From Camelus dromedarius (lineage: Eukaryota), in the NCBI RefSeq assembly GCF_036321535.1, contig NC_087437.1, positions 50,594,001-50,658,000 on the forward strand: a stretch of 64,000 bases of DNA, in the 5' to 3' direction. Positions 1 to 12,363 of this stretch are shown here, piece by piece. Below the pieces are notes generated by a model. That model made no database searches, was not told the origin of the DNA, and worked only from the letters and a program-made list of their open reading frames with translations. Numbering within the stretch: position 1 is the first letter of the stretch; each line of letters begins with the position of its first letter. Position numbers and translations under genes: made by a program.

Positions 1-312
1 ATTGTATGATATCACTTATATATGGAATCTTAAAAAATGAGGCAATTGAACTTATTTACAAACAGAAACTGACTCCCAGACATGGAAAACAAAATTGTGG
101 TTGCCAGTGGGGAGACAAAGGATAGAGGGTTGAATTCAGAGTTCGGGATTTGCACATATACATGTACATATAAAATAGATGAACAGCAAGTTCCCACTAT
201 ATAGCACAGGGAACTATATTCAATACCCTGTAATAGCCTATAATAAAAGAGAATATGAAAAGGAATATATATGGATAACTGACTCACTATGCTGTATGCC
301 AGGGGAAAAAAA
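1..312 (+). mobile_element. L1 3' end fragment
   Basis: Typical L1 3'UTR (tcacttatatatggaatctt; tatagcacagggaactatattcaata) ending in an A-tract. Confidence 0.8.
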
Positions 313-1070
313 GTGGTCAGTTCTGGATGTATAGTCACTTAGCGTCCCAAGTTCAAAGTTCCAGGACACAGTAATACACCAAAAGCTGTTTCTCAAAGGG
401 CATATATTTCTCTGCTGCAAATGGCATGGCCTTAGCATTTTTCCAGAATGCCTGGGGCCTGTGTTATGATTCTACCACTAGAGTTTGCCAAGAATTCCAT
501 ATCGTACCTTTTCCCACTGCTGAGACCTCCAACACCATAAGGTCCATCTGATTGTACCGCTCAAGCAGCAGGGCTGATTGCATTGTGGCCTAGAGTTGTG
601 CTGCCCTTTCCTGCTCCGGTCCCACTCAAAACTGGTAGATTTTTATGTCACCTGGTAAATGAGCCAGAGGAATTTTCCCAGCTGTAGAATGTTGCCTCCA
701 GAACCTAAAGAGGCCTACCTGGCTCTGTGCTTCCTTCTTTGTGGAAAAGATGCAAGATGCAAAACATCTGTGTTTTATTTTGGAAGGGATATTCTGGCAT
801 GCCCTTGATCCCCTGAGTACTTGACTGAAGTAGTCAATCCCTGGATCTTCCTAGGGTTTGTCTCCTACCTCCTGGAACACGTGTCTAACCAAGGCCTGCC
901 ACATAATAATTGCTTCGTGCTTGTCCTGTCTAATTAACATGATGTTGTCAATGTAGCGGTTCAGTGTGAGATCCCATGGGATGTCTGTGTGGTCTAGATC
1001 TCTTTGGATTATGACAGAGGACAGGAGAGTTAACAAATTCCTGAGGCAAAGCTATAAATAAATGTCATAG
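313..1070 (-). mobile_element. Degraded ERVL-type internal (pol) remnant
   Basis: ORF 851..1036 carries RYIDNIML, similar to the ERV-L reverse transcriptase HYIDDIML motif. Confidence 0.65.
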
Positions 1071-1316
1071 AACAATGGGCCAACAACCAGGCTTCATGGA
1101 GAGGCAAGTCAGCTGAGCAGTTGCTGGTCCAGGAGTTGAGAGGCTCTCTCCCGGGTAAGGGCTACACCTAGGGCAGAGTTGGAAGCAGGCTGGAATGGGC
1201 CCTGCTCCCATTACCCTTTTACAGGTTCCTATTAAACTATTTTCCTTAGCGTATGTACTGGAATTTACATACCCGAGTTTCCTCTAAAAAGCAAACCAGT
1301 AATTCCTCTTTGACAG

Positions 1317-1763
1317 TGGATGTGGGATAGACAGCATCAGGATGGCCCCCTTTGATTTCCACCTCTCCTGGTCTTCATTCTTACTTTGTACCAGGGATGG
1401 TCGGTGTGACCACTGGAACACAGCAGGAATGATGATATTGTCACTTCTATGATTAGGTGGTCAGTCTCCCTCGGATCATTTGCCCTGGTGAAAGCCAGCT
1501 GCCGTGTTGTAAGCATCCCTATGGATATGCCATCTGGTGTGAACTTGGAAGCAGAATCTTCAGCCCCAGTTGACCCTTCAGATGACTGCAGCTCTGGCCA
1601 ACAGCTGAAGTGCCACTTGGTAAGAGACCTTGAGCCAGAACCATCCAGCTAAGCTGTTCCCAGATTTCTGACCCTCAGAAACTGTGTGAGAATAATAAAC
1701 ATTTGTTGTTTTAAGCTGCTAAGTCATGAGGTAATTTGTCCCATAGCTATAGATAACTAATAC
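1317..1763 (+). mobile_element. MaLR (MLT1-type) LTR
   Basis: 3' end aataataaacatttgttgttttaagctgctaag...gctatagataactaataca typical of MLT1. Confidence 0.75.
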
Positions 1764-2092
1764 ATAACTTCTTACTTAGCTCAGCCCCTACCAGAATGCT
1801 TGGCATTTGGGAAAGTCCTTAATTGATGCTGGTTGAATGAATGAATGAATGAATGGATACATTGTGGCAGCACTTAAATAAACCAGTAATCCAGTCAGGT
1901 AGCCTGGACTAAGAGTTGAGAATTTTAATTTGTAACTTTAATGTGGTTTATCTTCTCAGAAATTCAGTTTCTCTCAAATAGGTCTTCCTGCCTATTAATA
2001 ATGTGGCAATGGAGACTAGAACAAAATAAATTATTTATAGAAAGATGACTTGATTTGATTCAAGAACAACCTCCACTAATTGTAAACAAACT

Positions 2093-2098
2093 TTTAAT
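2093..2098 (-). terminator. Candidate polyadenylation signal (ATTAAA) for the distal LAMP3 exon, giving a ~1.6-kb 3'UTR
   Basis: ATTAAA followed by GU-rich GTGGAGGTTGTTCTTG. Alternatives exist at 2149-2154, 2281-2286 (ATTAAA) and 3115-3120 (AATAAA). Confidence 0.4.
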
Positions 2099-3690
2099 AA
2101 CACAAATTATAAAAAATGAATGACATAAACAAATCTCCAAAATAAGTTTTTAATTACAAAACTTTTAAAACAATTCACTATTCTATTAAGACTAAAGTTA
2201 GGACCTTGCCAACCCTATTGAGTCCTAAGAGAACAACTCAGGGAAGTCAATATGTTCTCTAGGGTGACTTCAATTATTCCTTTAATAAAAAATGATAGGG
2301 GTGTGTGGTCTTTTCTGTTAATATCCTGACTTAGTTCCTTTTTTTTTTTTTGGTAGTAAAAACAAGGAGGAATAAAACTCTTAGCAGGCTGCTCCACAGA
2401 ATAAAGTGAACTAGAGTAGAAAATGTGGCTATATACTGCAGAAGAGGCAAATTACCACAAGAGGGGGATCTACATTCAGGAAAGAAAAATTGGTTAGCAG
2501 TTAGATTTCTCTACTATCAAAGAAATAAAAAAAAATACCTTGAGAAGTTTACTACATTCCTTTGTCCTTAGAATCACAGTTTAACAATCCCATAGAATGA
2601 GAAATGAGTATTTTATAGAGCCCCTCAGTTTCTTTCAAGGGACTGAAGCACTTTATAAAGACAGGCTATTTCATTTTCCATTAAGCCCTCCTTTCATGGA
2701 CCCTAATCTCTCATGATTCTGGACAAAATCATTTCCTCTTTAAGAAGGGAGCATATGCCGGTGTGAGGCTTCAGGCAGCACTTAGAGTCATTGTTTTTGG
2801 AGGCCCCTTGCTGTAGTGGAAAAGACCAGAGTCCTTGGTACCAGACCAAAAGTAATTCAAATTCTGGCTCTGTCATTTGTGAGCTGGATGACATTTGAGT
2901 GACTAATTTCCTTAAGTCTGAGTTTACTCATATGTAAGTTGTGAAAGTTAAATGAGATGTATATAAAGTGCTTAACCTAGTGTTGGGCACATATGTGGTC
3001 AATATTGAAGGGCCATTATTATTGTTTCATGCTTATTCTGTTGTCCATAGCCACCTAGTTCTTAGTCTTAAGTGATTCTGGAGCAGGACTCACCAAGATA
3101 AAAACATAAGCTGATTTATTCCTCCTGGTGTCACATTAAAAACCTAGACAACTTGTGATATGTTGTTCTTTTTGATGCTTTTTAGAAAACACTTGAAGTG
3201 GAAAAGGAGGTAAATCAATTGCCAGGCAAATGTACATCATATAAAACATGGATAGTAAAAGCATTGAAAATCCATTTTATAGACAAAACAGAAGCATTTT
3301 TAAAAATGGAGAAGGTTAAGGATAAAATAAAACCCCCAATGTGAACACAAGTAGCGTTAATTACAATTGCTGCTTTGGACTATAATTCGGAGTATATACC
3401 ATTTTACATACATTATGTTAATGTATCTCAAATGTTGACTTTGAGTGGTTAAAATATTTTCAAGGAAACTAGAACATATTTTTAAAAAGCACACTAGATA
3501 TTTTGTAAGACGAACAAAAAATATTTAGAAATTGGTATGCTGCTTGAACTTAAATCAGAAATGATTTGGTTTCTGTGAAAGATGATGGGTTACGCTGTTG
3601 GAAGGAACCACACTAAGGGAAGTCCTCAACATCCAGGAAACGATGAAAGAATCCTCTAAACTCCATGGTTTTCTTTTCCCCTGGCAGCAG

Positions 3691-3824
3691 TTAGAATCTC
3701 TGGTATCCAGATGATTCACGCTTTAGGCGGATTCCATAGACAATCAAACCCACAGTGAGGAGCCCAAGCACGATGGCCCCAATCACGGGAAGCATAACTG
3801 TGTAGTCAGATGAACACTCGTCCA
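3691..3824 (-). CDS. LAMP3: LAMP3 canonical (distal) terminal exon: (V)DECSSDYTVMLPVIGAIVLGLLTVGLIVYGIRLKRESSGYQRF*
   Basis: Acceptor TTTTCTCTTAG|TG (phase 1); TAA at 3693-3691; matches the recalled human C-terminus VDECSSDYTIVLPVIGAIVVGL...SSGYQRI. Gives a 429-aa protein. Absent from the ORF track. Confidence 0.96.
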
Positions 3825-5194
3825 CTAAGAGAAAAAACAAATACAATACAGCCAGTAAGGGTTAGTGAGGAGAGATTAGAAAGCAGGCTAGCGTGTGGAG
3901 ACCATGAGCTGTGGAGTCAGACCTGGGCTTGACTTTTAATTTCACCACAAACTGTGTGGACCTCGGTGGGTTATTTAACCTTGCAATTTATAAAGTAAGC
4001 AAGTAACATATAAAATTGTTGGAGGATGAAATAAGATAAACTTCTCTTCTCAATAATTAATAGATATTTAATAATTGTTAGCCCTGTTTTCTTCTGGTGT
4101 TGCTCTCTGCAAAGTGGAGTGTGCTTACATGTAAAACAGACTGTTCATCTCACCATAAAAATGACCTCTTGAAAAAACATGATGTTTCTTTATAAAACTT
4201 TTTTTTGCCATAATTAAAGTTCTCTTTTATTGCTCTTAGTGAGCAAAAAAGTATTAAAAAATAGACCTAGTTTTATGAGAGCATAAAAGTCAAAGTTTGT
4301 GAATTTGTCAAAACTCTTTTTTTCTTTATTCCCTTAGAGAATACTTACTCAATTTACTTAAGATGTAATCAGTCTGGGCTGGAGAAAGATGGAAGGCGAT
4401 GGGGATAAAAGGGAGCTTGACTGAATACAAATAAGTGGAGAACTACATCTATATCTTATTCAAGGATAGGTAAGAAGATATATCCACAGGGTCTTCTAAG
4501 AACCAATATTGAAATTGTGTCCTGGATCAAGGATCACCATTAACCCAATTCTCACCTGAGCTCAAGAAAAAAGAACCAGAAAGGGGCCAGGGAAGAGGGA
4601 ATGGTAATTAGACACCCCAGGGAAAAAACAAAATCTGTTCAAGGCAGGAACTATGCTTGTAGTACACTATTTGATTTTGGCAGTGGACAATATTTACATA
4701 ACTATACCAATGCATACCTTATTGATTTAACAAAAAACAGTGATATAACCATGAAAAGAATCCTGCAAGAGTGTTAAATCCTTATCTGCTATAGAAAGAG
4801 GTTTAAAGCTGATAAATTAAGAAATAGTAGGATAAGCTTCTAGATATTTTTTATAGACTTACGGAGATAGCTACCACAAGAAACTATTAAAACTAGTTAA
4901 AGTGCTTTGTCTATAAGAAGAGGGACAGGGAAATGTTGCTGTTTATGATAAAAGTTTTGGAGTACATGACAGTTTTGTTATTTATATATTTGTTAAACTT
5001 AATATATAATTTTGTTAATTATATATAATATTGAATATATAAATATTTACATATATATTTCTTAGATAAAAAAGAACATAAGCTAGAAGATAAAATAATT
5101 CAGAAAAAAATATAAAATTGTCCAAACAAAATGTAAAGCACATACCTATCGACCCAGCAATTCCACCACTAGGAATTTAAACTAAAGATACAGT

Positions 5195-5278
5195 CATCAT
5201 TACGCTGTACAGCAGGAATTGACACAACATTGTAAACTGACTATACTTCAATAAAAATATATTAAAAATAAAAAAACC
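5195..5278 (+). mobile_element. Short L1 3'-terminal fragment
   Basis: gctgtacagcaggaattgacacaacattgtaaactgactatacttcaataaaaa; similar to the L1 tail at ~34950-35000. Confidence 0.7.
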
Positions 5279-5379
5279 GAAAGATATATTCATAAAGTAC
5301 ACAAAGCAATGTTACAATAATCTCCATTTTGTGAGAGAAAAATGGACACTCTAAATATCCATCAAAAATTTTAAATCAT

Positions 5380-5481
5380 GGGAGGTACATATAGCTCAGT
5401 GGTAGCCCACATGCCTAGCATGCATGAGGTCCTGGGTTCAATCCCCAGTACCTCCATTAAAAATAAATAAATAAATAAAAT
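5380..5481 (+). mobile_element. tRNA-derived SINE (camelid-type)
   Basis: tagctcagtggtag (A box)...gaggtcctgggttcaatcccc (B box), followed by an (AAAT)n tail. Confidence 0.85.
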
Positions 5482-6560
5482 AGCTCCTCTTAAATTTTTT
5501 TTTTTTTATCATACATTCGTACAATAGACTATGATGTAGCCCTTAAGAAGAATGTGATAGATTTCCAGGTGCTGTCAGGGAAGTTCCCTAAGATCTGTGA
5601 AGCATCTCATACATATCTAGAGCGAAAAAATACACAAGAAGCTGGGATGGGAATAGAGGCAAATTTCACTTTCCAAACAGTTTTATACTCTGTCTTAAAA
5701 ATGCAGAAAAGTAAACAGGGAAAATATTATCCAATCACCATGTTTCTTTCACTTGAATTAATCACTATAAACCTTTGAAGCATTTGTTCCCTCTGTACGT
5801 GTGTGCATGCTCACGTGTATGCTTAAAGAAAAATCATTATATTTAAAAAAAGATATATGCTCATAATAAATAACTAAAATGATTTAGAAATCACAAATAA
5901 AAAAGTAAAAACCAATCTCCTGAAAACCTCCTACCCAGAAATTATCACTGCTGAAACATGGACAAACATTATTTCGGGCATCTTTCTTCACAACTATAAG
6001 AATAGATGGGTAGAAAAATAAATAGAAGTAGTTTTATCAAAGTGGAATCATACAAATGCTATTTTGACCAAAGTTGTTCATTTAATTTTACTTGAACTTC
6101 ATAGAAGAAAAAAACCAAAACAAAACTGGAGGAATTACTGCACTTCAAATAAATGTATCTTTGACATGGGAAATATTGTTGCATAAAAGATCTCTATATG
6201 GTACAAAAAGAGATAATAATAAATAAAATTATGAAATGCATTAAGAGGTTATAAAATAAATTAAAGACATGTGTTTTCTAAACTCTGTTTCCAATTTAGA
6301 CATCTATTGATTCTGTTTTGAAAGATTAACAGTAGCTGATTTCCTTCTACCTCTGTTCTTCCCAACTCAAATTTTGAATAGTTACATATATATATTTAAA
6401 AACATTGTTCACGTTTACAATATTTCGAGTCTAGTTGGTAATTATAATTCCTATGGTTTGTAAAAATTTGTTTCAAACATAGAACACATTCACAATTTAA
6501 AGTTAAAATAATACAAAATGCTATACACATTGATAAATTTCACTTCCACACTTGTGACAT

Positions 6561-6629
6561 CTTAGTTCCCCCTGCCATTATTAGATAACTACTTAGTTCC
6601 CCCTGCCATTATTCGATAACTACTTAGTT
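6561..6629. repeat. 31-bp tandem duplication with one mismatch
   Basis: cttagttccccctgccattatt(a/c)gataacta twice, then a partial third copy. Confidence 0.9.
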
Positions 6630-6858
6630 TCTTATATGATATTTCCAATGTTTCAGATACAAGCAAAAATGAAAATAAACTTTATTTCCCACTTTTCTCA
6701 CAATTATGCATTATGTATTTTTTATTTAACAATATTTTTGGATAATTTTCTTTAGACATACATAAACATGTATGTTTCCATTCTTTTTAACAACTATAGT
6801 ATTCTTTGGTTTGTTTTTAATCTTTTAATATTACAAATAATGCTGTGATGAATAAGCA

Positions 6859-6860
6859 TG

Positions 6861-6886
<26 letters not shown>
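6859..6886. repeat. (TA)n microsatellite
   Basis: Direct reading. Confidence 0.9.
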
Positions 6887-6891
<5 letters not shown>

Positions 6892-7359
6892 TCATATGTG
6901 AGAAGGTATGATAAAATCTCAGATCCATAATTATTTAATGCTTTTTATATTTAACTCATTAAATAGATTAAATTCCTTAAAAAAACAACAACAACAACCC
7001 GTGTTTTCTCTATTCCTGAGGGATGTGTGCTGATATTCTTGTTTAATGTGGCTTCTCTCTGACCTCATCAAATTTCATTGTCAAGCAGTATCTTTAAGAA
7101 GAGCTCAGTGGTGTTGTATCCCTTGAATTATTTCATGTTTGAGGATATTTGCCTATTAACTTTTTACTCAAATAATATTTTGGAGCCATTCTTTCCCTTA
7201 GGATTTTGTAGACATTGGTCTGTTTTTTGCTGGCTTTAAATATTATTGTAAAGAAATCTGAGACCAACTTTAACTTTCCTCCTTTATAGGTGATTTGCTT
7301 TTTTGAGGGGAAGGGGGAGTTTATATGTTTAAAGAATTCCTTATCTTTAAGGTTCAATG

Positions 7360-7487
7360 ACTTTTTTTTTTGGTGGGGTGAGGTAATTAGGTTTATTTAT
7401 TTATTCTTGGAGGAGGTACTGGGGATTGAACCCAGGACCCCATGCATGCTAAGCATGGGTCTACCACTTGAGCTATACCCTCCCTCC
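7360..7487 (-). mobile_element. tRNA-derived SINE (camelid-type)
   Basis: Reverse complement of the same A/B-box element with an A-rich tail. Confidence 0.85.
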
Positions 7488-9310
7488 GACTTTGGATATG
7501 TCTTAATGTTAAGCTTTCTGCATTAGTTTTTTTCTTTTTTTCTGGGATACACTGTGCTCCAGTTTCAATCTGCAACTTCAATTATTTATTTTAAGGAAAA
7601 CCTCTTAAATCCAAATATATGGTCTTCTTATTTTTGAACTCTGTACTTCAGAGGCACCAGTAGTCTTCATTTTAGATGATCTGAATATCTTTCACACCTA
7701 GCATCTTCCCTATGTTATAATCTTAATTTTTATCTGCATTAACTGATTATCTCAGTCTTTTTCTCTGTGAAGACAAATCAGTTTTCAGCTCTATCTATCC
7801 TGACCCTTACTATTTCTATTTACTACATAAGTGTGTTGTTTGGATACTTGATTTGTTGTGTTAGGAGTGAAATCTCGCATTCATCTCACTCTTTCACTGT
7901 AATTTTTCATCTATAAGCTCTGGTTTTATAGAATTTACATTCTTATTAAGTGATTCTCAGCAAAACCAATTGACAGGGATTTCTCTCTGTCTCTTGAGTT
8001 ATGGTTTCCTTGTATTTTATAGACCATATTCCTTTCTAACCTCCCTCCTTTAATTTTTAAAAATTGTGGTAAAATATATATAACATGAAATTTACCATTT
8101 TAACAGTTTTTAAGTGTACATGTCAGTGACATTAAGTACACTCACATTTTTGTGCAACCATCAGCACTGTCCATCACCAGAACTTTTTTCATCAGCAGAA
8201 TGAAAACTCTTTACCCACAATTCAATTTAGACTTATACTGTTATTTCGCTGCAGTGATTTTGCATAGTGGTCATATGGCTTGCTTTCATCTTGCTCAAGC
8301 TTGAGCATCTCATCCAGATGTTGCATTTCCTATAATATCCACTGGTAAACCAGGGCCTTTCATTCCATTGTGTCTGGCATCAGTTCATGTTCCCTATTGA
8401 ACTAACCATTTGGATTCTATCTTCTTTTCTGTACCTTGGGAACTAGCTAAGCCTGGAGGTGTCCTCTGGCCCCGGGTTAGTGCTCCTGTTCATGTCCTAG
8501 CCTTTGCAGAGGCCATTTTCACTACTCCTGGTTAGAGGAGATAAAGTGATTGCCCATTTTCTCTCCAGTTTTAGTAACAGTGGTAAGCACTCACAGGCTG
8601 TTTTTCTATCATCATGCAGCTTCTTGGGGCAGGTGTGTTGGAGAGGCAGGGTTCGGTACCACCTTGGCTGCCCCTCTCCACTCTTCCTCTGAGTCTTGTA
8701 TCTCTGTTGTTCACCAGTTCAGAACGTTCATTGTGTTAGGTTATGTCTTTCTGACCTCTAAGAGTGATTTTTTTTTTAAAGTTCCCCCTCAGTCTGTTAG
8801 ATAATGAGGAAGAAAAATTCTGTGTGGACAATTCTAGTCACTATTTTAACTCCAATCTTTCATTTCATATATTTCTGTAGTGCTTAATTTTTTTTAAAAA
8901 CAATCTACATGTATTTATTTTGTTCCCATTTTTTCTTAAAAATTAAGAATTAGTAGTGAAGTATAAGTTATAACCATTTCAAACGGTTTATGAGGCAAAA
9001 CCAAAATTCAGGCACATATCTATATGCATTTGTCAATCAATGTTTGTTTTGCATAGAATTCATCACATAATTCTTTATTCACATTATGACTGTGAAAACC
9101 TAGAAACAACAAACATTCCCAATAAAAACAGAAGAGTTAAGTAAATAACTGTATAATGTTGAGAGCACATTCGGGATAGCGGTCATGGTAATGGCACTTT
9201 GCACATTTAGGAGCCCGGAGAGATACTTACAGTGCACAGGTGAAAAAGATGCCAAATGGTGTCCTCTGTGTGCCTCCAGTTTGTAAAACAGTATTCACGA
9301 GAAGGAAATA

Positions 9311-9520
9311 CAGTTGACCCTTGAAGGACACCAGTTTGAACTGCTGGGTCTACTGATAGTTGGAATTTTTTGGTATTAAATACTGCAGTACTCCTCTCTC
9401 CAAAGGTGGTTGAGGAAAGCAGGTATAGAGGGAACCACTGGGAAGGGGGCCAACTCTGGTAGACACGGATTTTCAACTGCTGGAGGGTGGGTGCCCCAAC
9501 GCCCAGCCTTGTTCAAGGGT
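9311..9520. mobile_element. Tigger2-derived (MER8-like) DNA transposon fossil
   Basis: TA followed by terminal inverted repeat cagttgacccttgaa ... ttgttcaagggt. Confidence 0.7.
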
Positions 9521-11199
9521 ACATCAAAATGAACAATGGATAGGTTATCTCCAGGTGGGCATTAGTGAAGGTTTCCATTATCTCTAGGTTGGTTGCAGAG
9601 AAAGGGGTGAATTCAGGAGTTCCACCATCAGCAGAAGAGAGTAACTGAGTTGAAACTAGCAGGATCAGAAAACAGCAGGAGAGCCAATGGCAAGGGGACA
9701 GCGCTGCCAGAGAGGATCAGAGGCCCCTTTGTGAGGGGTCTTCCCGGAGTCCGGAGTGGCAGCCTCCGGCCCAACCTCAGAAAGCGACAACAGCCTCTCA
9801 GCCACTGGAGCTTCCGTGGGAAGAGACAACCCTGGGGGCGGAGGGGCCTCTTCCAGCACCCAGTTTACTGAAGTCTCAATCCCAGCACTTTCCCCGCAGG
9901 GACCCTCTCAGGACTCCCTGCAGACAGTAAGCAGAAGTGCGAGAGGATAACGCAGTTGTTTACTAGTCATTCAAATGAAACTTGAGCTCTTTTTGGTTAA
10001 TTCAAAGTCACTTTAAAGACATTTGGCGTGGGGGGCAGGAGGGGTAGATCACAGGAGTCTAAGCCAGCCATCACTCCAAAGAACTCACTGAAGATGGTAG
10101 AATGGAAAACTAACCTCAAGTGACCTGCCTTATCCCACTCTTCCTGATTTCAATCCACTGCTTTTTGCATCTGCTGTGGGAGAAATGTCCGCACTAGAAG
10201 ATCAACCTTCCTCTAGTCATTCTACAGGATGGTGTGCGGCACCTGTGAATAAGCTGCCCGTGCTCTGCGGTATAGAACCTTCCAAGTACACTTGAGGCTG
10301 AACTGGAAATGGGAGTCTCGAGCGGGCACTGGTTGGTGCCTGCTGGAGGGAGGAGATGGAGACAGATGGCATCTCTCCAAAGCCAAGTCCTTGCTGCTCA
10401 ACCCAAGTCACTTTGGGGAACACTGGGTCCTCACATCCCAGATTTGCACCAACACCTCCTGCTGCAAGGAGGAAACAGGAATGTCCTCACACTCCAGCCA
10501 TCTTCAAGGACTCTTGAAGCACTCTTGAAGCAGCCGCATGCCCTCCCCTCTCACTCCTGAGAAAGTGGAGAGAGCTGAAAGGCCTCAAAGGAACCAGTAC
10601 ACATCCTAGGTAAGCAGTGGTTATAGAGTGGTCGCCAGCCTTTCATAAACTTCCTGTTAAAAATAATGAATGGCACCTCTGGAAAGTGTAGAAAGACAAG
10701 AAAACTTTCTGTTGGTAAAAGCAGTTAAAAACACCCAGAAGTCTATTACTCTCCCCTTCCTCTGAAATAAAAACCCTGGTTCTCATATGTAAGCAGTCCA
10801 TGGACTAGAAAACTGGGAATAACATTCCAAGCAACAGTTTAATAGAAATTCTCCTCCCAACAACAACCACTCCCAATCAGGAATTTTCTGGTTTACAGTT
10901 TTTTTGGTAAATGTTGTTTTAAAAGTCAAGTGGACAACAACCTGGGTAGATCTACCTCTTCCGCTTGCCGTTTCTTATTGTTTTGATGCTTTGCCTACCT
11001 CTGCTTTCCAATGGCCCAAATTAACAAGTCTACAGGGGTAAACTAAAATCAAAGAAAAACAGAGACAAAACAGGAAAAAGGTGTCAAGAAGGCAGATAAC
11101 AAATGAAACTGAAGCAAATGGAGAACTAACATTTATTAAGTCTCTTTTGTTTGCCAAGATCTTTGGTATGTCCTTCACATTAAAAAAAGAAAATGTTGG

Positions 11200-11293
11200 T
11201 GGGGGAGGGTATAGCTCAGTGGTAGAGTGTGTGCTTGGTATGCATGAGGTCCTGGGTTCAATCCCCAGCACATCCCTTTAAAAAAAAGAAAAA
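11200..11293 (+). mobile_element. tRNA-derived SINE (camelid-type)
   Basis: ggggagggtatagctcagtggtagagtg...gggttcaatccccagca followed by poly-A. Confidence 0.88.
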
Positions 11294-11440
11294 GTGAAAT
11301 GGTGGGAAGTTTTCTACTAATAATATACTATAATAGTGTAGAATATGTCTTTTTGAAAAAACGATAGTCTATCAAGACAATTGGTAATTTAAGTAAATCA
11401 GGAATTGGGCAAAAACCAGGTGTTCAAAATCATTTTACAA

Positions 11441-11446
11441 TTTATT
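11441..11446 (-). terminator. Candidate polyadenylation signal (AATAAA) for the proximal LAMP3 terminal exon
   Basis: tttatt on the + strand; downstream on the minus strand is a U/GU-rich stretch (GATTTTGAACACCTGGTTTTTGCC). Confidence 0.55.
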
Positions 11447-11892
11447 TTGAAATGGATTGGTTTTTCTTAAAGTAATACTTTTTAAAAAAAGAAACTGGAT
11501 ATTGAGACTCTTAAAAATGTGTAAGAAAAATCCGTGCAGTTTGAAGACGTCTTTCCCACAATCCTCCCTTTGGGTGTTTGCTTTCTCCTCACAAGGACCT
11601 TGCTCACATCCTTGCTTCTTGTCCCTAATTGTCTCTGCCTGGCCTGTGTTATCAGGTGTGGGCCACGGCATTCAAGCCCATACGGCACAACCTCGTCGCC
11701 CTAATGGGAAGAAGTGGGGTAGGGGCTACATTAGAGTTAGCCTTCGATGGCCCTTTGGTGGAGAGCTAGTTTCCTAATCAGATTGGGAGAATGGAGCAGG
11801 CGACTGGAAAAGTCCATCCCTTCACTTAGGGCTAATCATGCAGCCAGAATTTCCAAGGCCATAACCTTGCACCTTTTGAAAAAGGTGGGGCT

Positions 11893-12032
11893 TCACATGT
11901 GTTCATATCCTCTACTGGGCCTCGTTCTGGTCACCAGGCATGCTGTTAGCAGAACACCAAGCAGTCCTGCGATACTCAGGCCCACAGCCACAGGGATTTC
12001 TCTGCTGTTTCTGTCACTGAAGCATTCATCCA
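11893..12032 (-). CDS. LAMP3: Candidate alternative (proximal) LAMP3 terminal exon: (V)DECFSDRNSREIPVAVGLSIAGLLGVLLTACLVTRTRPSRGYEHM*
   Basis: Acceptor CTTCAATTACAG|TG in the same phase as the exon 5 donor; DEC cysteine, ~22-aa hydrophobic helix, basic tail, terminal GYxxPhi, TGA at 11895-11893; AATAAA ~450 nt downstream. Would give a 431-aa protein. Confidence 0.82.
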
Positions 12033-12219
12033 CTGTAATTGAAGTCAGAGTAACAGGTGTTATGGGCTGGCCACAATGCTGGGAAGTGATGCTGCCCCAC
12101 CCCACCTCGGCCTCATGCGGGAGGAAACCGGGTGGGAGATGGAGCGGCTGGGCCTACCCCCTTACTGCCAGGGACCCACAGTTGGCGGAGATGAGAAAGG
12201 ACGGGGACAGTGCTACTTG

Positions 12220-12363
12220 CAGTGCTTGTGCTCACTTAATGGGTGTATTAAACTGCAGATCCCCAGGCCCCACACCCAGGCAATTATGATTCAGCGGGTT
12301 GAAGGTGGGTCCCAGCTGATTCTGAAGTAGCTGGGAGGCAGACTCAACTTTGAGAAACACTGG
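12220..12363. mobile_element. MER5-like hAT fossil
   Basis: tgcagatccccaggccccacacccag...gctgattctga...ctttgagaaacactg. Confidence 0.55.

Noticed and set aside
11200..11275. tRNA-like sequences as genuine tRNA genes
   Set aside because: Multiple dispersed copies with A-rich tails and TSDs identify them as SINEs.
3825..11400. A third LAMP3 terminal exon, by analogy to LAMP2A/B/C
   Set aside because: By eye I found no further acceptor followed by Cys, a transmembrane helix and GYxxPhi-stop; the region is mostly repeats. A profile-HMM scan would be needed to exclude a decayed copy.
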